From Pelomyxa schiedti (lineage: Eukaryota; Protista; Evosea), in NCBI GenBank assembly GCA_020536535.1, contig JAHLWZ010000809.1, positions 62,001 to 126,000 on the forward strand: a stretch of DNA of 64,000 nt. The letters run 5' to 3'. The notes beneath the pieces were generated by a model. That model had not been told where the DNA came from. It was given only the letters and a program-made list of their open reading frames with translations, and did no database searches. The position numbers were made by a program, and so were the translations under genes. Positions 38,716 to 47,675 of this stretch are shown here, in pieces; position 1 is the first letter of the stretch, and each line of letters starts with the position of its first letter.

Positions 38716-40049
38716 GCGATGGCAGGGGTCTTGCAGGAATGGGTGTTGGATAAGTCTCGTGTTTCAGATCATCCACTGGGCAACCCCACCTGTCACTTTG
38801 GGGGTTGGGCCTCATGTGGGGGCGCTGGGGGGGTGGAGATACACGAGGTGTGGTCTACACCTTCCACACCCACAGCTTCGGGCGGCGTAATCACCCGCCT
38901 TCGGTTGATGGGCATGGGGTGTGCCCAACTGCTGTGCTCAGACGTATATTCTGGGCACCGTGGGGGGGTATAGACCGTGCACTGCGCCTTGTGGAGATAC
39001 ACCCTTCTTCTCCTCTTGCATGGGACCCAGCCTTTCGGGTTTCACTGTGGTTCCCTGGGTGGCGCCTGGCATGTTATTTTTCCAGCTACTTGTTCCTTCA
39101 CTGATCCGTCTTGATATCGTTTTGGGTGGAGAGGTCATGAGTTGATTGTGGGGAAGAGTAAGGGGGGTCGTCTCCAGTAGACCTCTACGGCCCCAACTGT
39201 TGGTCTCTTCTGGGCTCCATGACATGCCGTGTGGGAGTAATTGCTGATAGGAGTAGGTGGGGGTTCACGAGGATGTATGGCCTCACCCTCTGGGGTGGCC
39301 CAACTGTTGTGCTCAGATATATATTCTGGGCACCGTGGGGGGGTACAGGCCGTGCCCTTGTGGAGATATCTCTCCTTCCTCCTTTGCTCTCACACGTGGA
39401 GTTCAGTTGAAGAAGCTTCACTTTGGCCTCATGGGGATTGACAGGCCACTTTCCCTTCACTACTTCCCATCCCAATTCAACTCCTCTCGCCTCTTCACCC
39501 TCAGCGTGATCTTGATAGCAAGTGGTGGTGGCATTTGGTGGTGTTTGGTGGGTAATAGTTGTGGTTCGGGGAACCCCAACCGTTACTTGCGGGTTGGGCC
39601 TCGCGTGGGGGAAAAGAACAGGTGGAGATACACGAGGTGTGGTCTACACCTTTCACACCCACAGCTTCGGGCGGCGTAATCACCCGCCTTCGGTTGATGG
39701 GCATGGGGTGTGCCCAACTGCTGTGCTCAGACGTCTCTTCTGGGCACCGTGGGGGGGTATAGACCGTGCACTGCACCTTGTGGAGATACACCCTTCTTTA
39801 CCAGTGGAGGTCGGATGGAGATAAACGAGGTGTGGCCTCACCTTCCACACCCACAGCTTCGGGCGGCGTAATCACCCGCCTTCGGTTGATGGGCATGGGG
39901 TGTGCCCAACTGTGGTGCTCAGACGTATATTCTGGGCACCATGGGGGGGTACAGGCCGTGCACTGCACCTTGTTGAGATACACCCTTCTCTTTACACCTG
40001 CGTGCAACTCAGCTTGCGGGTTTCGCTGTGGTTTCCTTTTTCTGCAACT
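38716..40049 (+). ncRNA. Putative long structured RNA: three tandem G-U-rich hairpins (38716-39120, 39124-39500, 39557-40049)
   Basis: Nested long stems found by eye; non-WC pairs are mostly G-U on the plus strand; compensatory changes between paralogous copies; no continuous ORF. Confidence 0.65.
38833..39983 (+). repeat. Four-copy repeat module: 38833-39002, 39257-39371 (internally deleted), 39622-39791, 39815-39983
   Basis: Copies 1 and 3 differ at 4 of 170 nt; full copies are bounded by the direct repeat GTGGAGATACAC or variants, 157-158 nt apart. Confidence 0.95.
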
Positions 40050-40813
40050 CGGTGGTGCTGTGTTTGGGGTGGGGGGATTATCTGGTGGCGTCTTTGACTC
40101 TGAGTATTTGGCAAAGCAATTTCAGTATATCATGCATGACCTTTTGGTTTAGCTATTATTCTAAAACATATTGCACAAGTCACAGTTAGGTGTTATTGCT
40201 CGAATTAGGTTTCAATTATCCTGTACAGTTTGGAGTTCTCTACTGCAGGTTGTATAAATCACTTCCACAATCAACTAATCGCTCTAAAATTTCTCAGGTT
40301 TACTATTATCAGATTGATGTTCTCAAGTTTTTCAGAATGCAAGTTCAATATGTAGGATCACAGGCTCACAGCTGATTGGTTTCTTCTGTACGTTCCTACT
40401 CTGGTATTAGGAGGAGCCTTGACGGGAGTTGTTGAATCTTGGCCACATTCTCAAATTCCCCCATGGAACCTCCGCTCCCAGAGTTACTTCACGATTCCCG
40501 GCGCGCACTGTCACCACGCGGTCATTCACTCTGTGTGCTCTCACTACAGCCAGCTGGTTGTTTTCTTTGCTACTTGAAAGAGGTTGCTGTCTACTCGACT
40601 GCCTGCCAGGTTGTTTTAATCACACTTACACAATTAATCAATTAATCGCTCTGATAGGGATCTCACAAGGCCTTACAACAACTGCCTCTGCAATGACATC
40701 CCAACTCAGCCCACCCAAAAGACTTTCCTACCGCACCACGGAAAAAACACAATTTCACAACACATTCTATTTGTGGCACAAGTTGCAACAATACTTTGTT
40801 TTTCTTGTCTCGA

Positions 40814-42543
40814 CTATAGCAGAGGGCATTCAATACTGCAAAAAAGTTAATTTGGCATCCAGAAATTGTATGGTTTTGGGTACATGAGCGTTCGTAGTTT
40901 TGCAACCACATCCTCGATTACGGGTCTCTGCACATTTGTTATTGACAAACAGGCCGCAAGAGAAGAAAGAAACCTCAGATGCCGTTTGGGCCCAGCATTC
41001 GCTGATGAGCTGTTTCTGCCGAAAGAGTTAACTTTCAGGTAATGATGGGAAGAATACCAGGCCAGCGGGCACAGCAACAGGGGGATGTTGCCCATTTGAA
41101 TGGGGGTAGGAGAGGAAATCTGGAATACCCGGGCGTAATGCACATGTGACATATAGAGGTACATCTTGGCTTGCAAATGGTATTTCTTCTGTCATTATTT
41201 CATAAATGGTTACCCCAAGAGCATAGCTACAGATATTTAATTAACTTGGGAAAAGATATATTATGGATTCCTACATATCGGTCGTATATCCTGACCTTCT
41301 TCCGGGTCCTTCATTTTGAAGCTCAGGAGGGCGGTACGGAGCTGTACACAACAATTACTTTCATAAGGAAAATAGGGGGTTACCAGTTCCAGGTGTTATC
41401 TCTACTATAGCATCTTTTTGACCCAGCAATAATATAGCTTGACCGAAGTTGGCAATCTTTTTCAAGTTAGAATAAGAGTTAATGGGGTGAAAACGTTCCC
41501 ACTTTAACATTGAAATCATAGTCCACAAATAAATTAGAAGGTCTCAAGTCCCTGGTGGGGAACTGTTAAGAGATCTCAACATAAAGAAAAAAAGGCTGAA
41601 CTGATGACTAGCTTTTACAGTGCAATGCAAAAAGGCTAGACCTTGTGCCTATAGAGTATGTAAATTGTTTGCGTTGTGAAAGTTAATCATACAATGCCAA
41701 GAGATAACCGTAATTTATGTATCAGACCAATGCCCCCAAGGTGAAAGAAATTATGCACCAACCGACCAGGGAGTAGAGACACAGGGCAGTGGATCAATCT
41801 GAATAGGTCACATGGCAGGGTTTCCATCACAATCATGAAAGCTCCGTTGTTTATACAAGTACCTGCAGAGATATAAGTTGTGTTTGGTGGAAATACATTG
41901 TTACCAATCATCAACACCACATTAGGGTGGTAAGAACTGGCGGAACATTAATACAAGACAGAGAAAGCGACGTGGTACCTGAGCAGTGTCGCTTCCCTAC
42001 GAAACTTGGCCAGTTCATTAAAAGTCTTTACTGAAACTGCAGTTCCATCCAATATTGCTTGGGAGAAACAACGGTGTTAGAAATTATGGGAAATGTTGGT
42101 GTCACCAACATACCACTCTTCAGATAGATAGGCGTTTCTTTTGAATCTGAAGTAAAGTGCAGGGACTCAAAAGCAATGTCTCGAACAGTAAGAACCACCG
42201 GATACACATCGGGTGTGTGAACAGGCGCGGGAACGGTGCGCTTCAATCGCAACGTCGACGACCCTATCAATGGGGGATGTGCAAGAGCAAGTTCCGCATG
42301 TTCAACAGTGTCGAACTCTATGATCGTCCAGTTTCCTTGGTGCGACGTGCGCACCCTGGGGGAGAGTAAAAAAAATGTTGGTAGGTACAACGGGAGTGGG
42401 AGGAGAGTAGAACCAACTCACTTGTGATCAGGGAAAAGCGCTTGCACATTCTCATAGTGACCGAGGTGTTTCTGCTTTGTTTTGAGAATCTCGGGTCCCT
42501 CCTTCCTGGATCGAACCTGTACACCAGGTACTGTGGTCGCCAT
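40814..42543 (-). CDS. RRM-like domain fused to a TKL-type pseudokinase
   Basis: IIEFDTVEHAELAL (RNP1-like); kinase VSVK, HPNVV, TRDLRPSN, ANFG, YRPPE, DIYALG, CW...RP. Confidence 0.75.
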
Positions 42544-42815
42544 CGTAGGTGCTTTTCTTTTTCTTGTGCGGCATTGATTCCAGGTCGTGCTAAGAACACA
42601 GGAGGCGTGGTCTCATCACTGCAAAAATAGACACATCGCGTGAGTTAACTTTCAGATTTCCATGATCAAGACAAATCACTGAGCAAATCATCAGGGAATA
42701 GTTCAACCAACGGTCCCGGTGACAGATGCATTAGAATCTCAGGGGCTCTAATCCAAATTCCGTACGGCCGTGATCTGTGAATCTGTCGTTTGTTCAAAAG
42801 AAAACCGAAACAAAA

Positions 42816-43560
42816 ATGAGGTTTGCGTTTGTGCTGTTGGCCATTGTTGGTAGCGCCGTGGCGTGGACGTGCACGTGCTCGTCTTCAAACAGACAGAATG
42901 GAGTTTGCACCAACATACCATCTGACAGTCTGTACTACCTGACTTCCGTATGTTACTTGTTTTTTTTTTTTTAATGGACGGTCCTTTTTAATTTCCTTAG
43001 TTCTGTGATCAAGAAACTGCATGTGGCGAGGTACGTAGCCCCGTTTTATTGAAGTTCAACGTGGAGTCACTTAATTATGATTACCCACGGATTTAAAAAT
43101 CATCTATGGCTAGTCATGCGGCAACTGCAGCTGGGCGTATTCCACCTCTGCTAAGAGATTCGGGTGCAACGCTAGTCTCAAGTGCTGCAGTGCAACCAGC
43201 AGCACAATGTGCACAACTCTCAAGGTAATTGACAGCGGACCTGCTTGCTGGGTTGAAGACGACGGTAATTCCCTCCTCCACCTTTCCAATTCACTTCTGG
43301 TTGCTTATTATCTTATAGCAAACATGCCAATCATCGATGCTTCTTACTCCACTTGTATGTATCTCACTCCCCCTTTCTTGTAGACAAACCAATTGTTTCT
43401 AGGCAAGTACTTCACTGGCTCCACTAGCTGCGGCTACAGTGATGAAGTCAAGATAAAGTGCTCAACAGTCTCTGCCCCCTTGCCAGCCTCTTATATTCAC
43501 GGACCTTGCTATGACGGTCCTGCTGAGAAGGCTCATGGCCTCCCCGTGTGCCCAAATTAA
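42816..43560 (+). CDS. aly: Amoeba lysozyme, Dictyostelium AlyA-type
   Basis: Signal peptide; YYLTSFC...ACG, KRFGC, IDSGPACWVEDDANMPIIDAS..C..FTGSTSCGYSD match the AlyA pattern as recalled. Confidence 0.85.
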
Positions 43561-43616
43561 ACCAAAAACCGGGCCATTGTATTCAAGGATGAAATTATGA
43601 AGAACAGGTTATTTCT

Positions 43617-44505
43617 TTAATTGAAAAGCTTGAGTCCTTGTATGATATCGGGGTTCTTGAGGGCACCTTCTTTGTACTCCTCAAGGGAAATTTGTCCGTC
43701 ATGGTTAGCATCCATTTGGTCGAAAAACTCCTGCACCAATTGAGCAGGGGAATCGTACCTATACTTCCATGAGAAAGGGGATTTATGGAATTGTGACCAT
43801 ACTTTCTTCCAGAGAAAGTCACTAAAGGTCCAACAAGTTTGTAGAATGATTGAAGAATTTTCGTCATCTCATCCTGTGAGATAAAGCCATTACCGTCCAA
43901 GTCGTACCTGAGTGTGTTAAAAAAAAAAAAAAAGGTAACTCGGGCTTTCATAAGGAGGCATACATTTGGAAGGCAACTGCAGGGAAATTAGTAAAGAATG
44001 GTGCAAATTGTAGGAAAAATAGGAGAAAGTACATTCGAGTTTCTCATCTGGATTGCCTCGAGTCATAACAGAAAGGGCACAAGCAAACTCTCGGAAGTTG
44101 ATCATGCCATCCCTGTTTTCATCGAAAACTCTGAAGATAAGGTCTTGCAAAAACTCGTCCACAACTCCCATTTGCTTCATCACCTCCCTAAAAGCAGCCT
44201 TTCCAATCACTCCATGTGGTGTCTGGAGTTAAATATCCAATAAGAACGAAAAAAAAAGGAAAAGAAACAGAAAAGCGGCAACTTACTTCTCTCTGGAATT
44301 GTTTGTACATTGACTTAATTTCGCTTGGTCCAACTACACCATGGATGTTAGGACAAAAAAAAAAAAGACAAAGAACGAAAACAATGATACAAATATAAAA
44401 AAAAATAAAAAACGACCCACAATGAGTGTGCGCAAGCAACTCCTCAAGTTCTGCTTTATTTAAGGCAGCGGTAGCTGCAGCAGTCGGTCCTTGTGCGTTA
44501 CCCAT
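43617..44505 (-). CDS. ncsA: Neuronal calcium sensor/frequenin (NCS-1 family)
   Basis: N-myristoylation MGN, FDENRDGMINFREF..ALSVMTRG..DEKL, YDLDGNGFIS, ends IIQGLKLFN. Confidence 0.92.
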
Positions 44506-44653
44506 TACCACTAAACTAACGTACTTGTTTTATTTTTTTTTTTTGAATTAAATATTTTTTCCCAAGTCCGACTTTGTTTTTTCGTCGATTGTTGTTTTTC
44601 CCGTAATTTTATCTGCCGGTTGGGTGGGTTCCGCAACTTTCTGTTGTTGTGCA

Positions 44654-46058
44654 CTATAGTTTCGCGTGAGGCAGGCTCGTGGAGTTGGTTGCGGCGAGTA
44701 CGCGGACTCGTTGGGCCACGTCGTCTCCGACCTGTGAGGTTGTTGCTTTGCCGCCTATGTCTGGTGTCTTGGGCCCATGAAGGAGGTTGTCGGCTATGGC
44801 GCGGTCCAGTAGTTGTGCAGACTGCGTTTCGCCGAGGAATTCGAGCATCATGACCAAGCATCTCAGAGCCCCTGAATTGTCGGTAAGTAAACGGGAAGAA
44901 TGGTGGGCTGGGAATGAACCAATTGGGTTTGCCAAGCCCTTGCCTGCTATATCCAATGCTGAACCATGAACTGGCTCGAACAAAGAGGGGAATGTGCGTT
45001 CGGGGTTGATGTTGGCACTAGGTGCCAGGCCAAGAGACCCAGATATAGCGCCACCTGTAGGTTGTATTAGGGTGTGTAGGAGTTTGCTGGCTATTTGTTA
45101 CCAAGATCGGAAAGTATGTCGCCAAATAGATTGGAGCCAACAACTACATCATAATCCTGAGGGCACCTAACAAAGTTCATTGAAAGTGCGTCGACGTGAA
45201 ATTTATCTGATCGTACATCTTGATTTCGTTAGTGATTTCATATGCACATTAAGTTGAACCTGGGAATTCCTGTGTATTCATTAAACAAACAGGCACCAAT
45301 ACAAAGAGAAACCTTGCAAATGCTATCGAAGATTTTATCCCACATCACCATTCCGTATTTTATGGCATTTGACTTGGTAGCAAGTGTGACATGCCTGCTA
45401 CGTTTTCTGGCAAGCTGAAAAGCATATCGTATTATACGCTCCACCCCTTTTCGAGTATGAATGGATGTTTCCAAAGCAATTTCATCAGGAGTCCCCATCT
45501 ACAAGAAAAATGAGCAGCTCCTTTGGGTGCGAGTAGTTTACTTTGAAATGCCCTCCATTTGTAGCATATTCGCCCTCAGAGTTTTCGCGCACGATGGCAA
45601 TATCAATTGGCCCTGGAAGGGGTCCTGGTACACCTGGTAGAAGTTTTGCTGGGCGGAGGCACACGTACTGGTCGAACTTCTGTCTGCGAGAAAACTGAGT
45701 ACAATGTACGCAATCCGTACTTGATTTTGTAATACGATCGAACGTTGCCTGTAAGTTACCTCATTTGTATCAATGGAGTGAGTGTAAGGTGATCCGGCAA
45801 AACACGTGGGTCGCCCAAAGCGCCAAACAGAATCGCGTCGAACTTTTTCAGCACCTCTAGAAAATCAGGAGGCGCCACTTCGCCAGTCGCACGCCACCTT
45901 GTCAATCCCCAGTCGAACCGCGTTGCCTCAATCACAAATGACCCCCGCGCCGCACGTTCCAGCTCAGCAAGCGACTTCAACGTTTCATCAATGACCTCTA
46001 TCCCAATGCCGTCGCCAGGGTAGATCGCCACCTTGTGTTTCCTCGCCACAGCAGCCAT
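44654..46058 (-). CDS. Tartrate dehydrogenase/D-malate decarboxylase-like beta-decarboxylating dehydrogenase
   Basis: YPGDGIGIEV, FDQYVCLRP, RENSEGEY, ATKSN, SNLFGDILSDL, FEPVHGSALDIAGKGLANP. Confidence 0.9.
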
Positions 46059-46379
46059 ACAACCTCCCCTTGTTTGTTGTTTTGTTATTTCTTCTGTGTT
46101 TTTTAATTTTATTTCGTTTGATCTCGGGTTTTCTTCTTGGGCTCATGAGTTCCACTGTGTTGCACTTCGAAATCTCACGATGTCACAGCGTGGTATGGCA
46201 CGTTGGCAGTGATTCCCCTCCTGAAATCTCTGAGAATTTCGTAAGGGTGTTGGAATGAAACGTGAACACCCCAAAAGACAAGAATCAATCCTCTAAGCCG
46301 AAACAAACAGAGAAAATAAAAGAAAAAAAAAACCCAAAGACCCGACAAGGGTTGGCTGTGATCTGGATCTTGCAGTGGG

Positions 46380-47547
46380 ATGGGTACGGTGACGCTACCA
46401 AACACCGGGGAATGCTCCCCTGCTTATGAGACAAAGGACGTGGCCACGTTTGGGGTGGTGGCGGGACTGTATGCGTTGGTGGGACTCGTTGCCGGCATAC
46501 AGGCCATACGTGCTTTGAGAGCCCCTTTGGCGCCTCTGGATGTGAACAGGACGTTTTTTCCGCCGATGTGGCTCGCTTTGTGGCGTGGGTTACCGTGACA
46601 TTTGACATTCTTTAATTACTGAATGTATAGGGAGCAAGGAGGGAGGGGAGGGGAGTGCTGCTGAAAATCCCATCAAATTCTGCTCACACGTTTCTAGTCA
46701 GGTCATTGTTTTTTTTCCTGATTGCCTTCTCGGAAGTGGGACACTGTTTCACTGTAAATTATGATGCTGAGTACCCAGGGCTAGTCATTTTGGCCTCACT
46801 AGGAGACATTATTTTTTGCGCCTCTTACTCTATTTTTATCATTTTTTGGTTCATTCCGATAACCGTTATGTAGCCTCTAATTATGCGGCTAGGGTGGAGA
46901 TTATTTTCGCTGCTACTAGGAGACAGGCGACTTTCCTTCGAGTTGTGAGGCCTGTGTACCTCACCATAGTGCTTGTCACGTTCTTGATCGAAGGATGTCT
47001 GTGGGTTTTGCTGCTGTTACCCGTACGTTTTACCACTAGCCATTCATATTCACTGTTTGGATAGTCTTGCTATGAAATTACCAGTGTCGTGATAAATGCA
47101 TTTGCAGCACTGATATACTTATCCACAGTGATTGGATTTGCTGTTGCTGGTGGGAAAATCTTCTGGATGATAAGGCAAAGTCCACCCTCTAGGGGCAGAA
47201 ATGCAAAGCTGAATGAGGTGGGGATTGCACCTCGACTTCATTCTAATATAGGATTAGATTCTCATTCTTACAAGTGTGTGCTGTATATTCTTACTGATGA
47301 GAGCCGGACTCAGCCTTGTTTTTGATACTCCTGCTGTTACCTATGTCACAGGACACATTGTAATTTCTCTTCTCCAAACCTCTCCTCTAAAAATCCCAAG
47401 CTTCTTCGTGCTCTGTTCTCGACAGTCACTGAACTCCTTCCGGCTATTGCAGTCCTTATCCTCCTCCGTAAATTACCAACCAAACCAGACACTGGGAATG
47501 TGCAAGCTGCAAGTAGCTCCTATCAGATACTTGGCTCATCACATTGA
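46380..47547 (+). CDS. THH1/TOM1/GPR137-like multi-pass membrane protein
   Basis: About 7 hydrophobic segments, SRGRNAKLNE, ELLPAIAVLILLRKLP. Confidence 0.75.
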
Positions 47548-47675
47548 TCTGTATTAACAAGTGGCCATAACCACCCTGCACTTTGTCACATACAAAACAC
47601 AACACACCAACGTGAACCACTGTGCCATTAATAAGTTTCACCAAAACAAAAGTTTATTCTCTTTACTTGGTAATC

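Noticed and set aside
38833-39002. Known ribozyme (hammerhead, HDV-like, hairpin) or H/ACA snoRNA in the module
   Set aside because: No CUGANGA/GAAA core on either strand; the minus-strand stem-CGAA-stem lacks HDV P1/P3; GUAUAUU is not conserved in copy 3 and its flanking helices do not fit a hairpin ribozyme; no bipartite pseudouridylation pocket
38833-39983. CRISPR-like array
   Set aside because: The sequence between the 12-bp direct repeats is itself repeated rather than unique spacers; eukaryotic context with no cas genes
38793-40152. Repeat-protein ORFs on either strand, including TGA read-through (RIYV*AQ)
   Set aside because: A 1-nt indel in copy 4, different frames between copies, multiple stops and no SECIS seen
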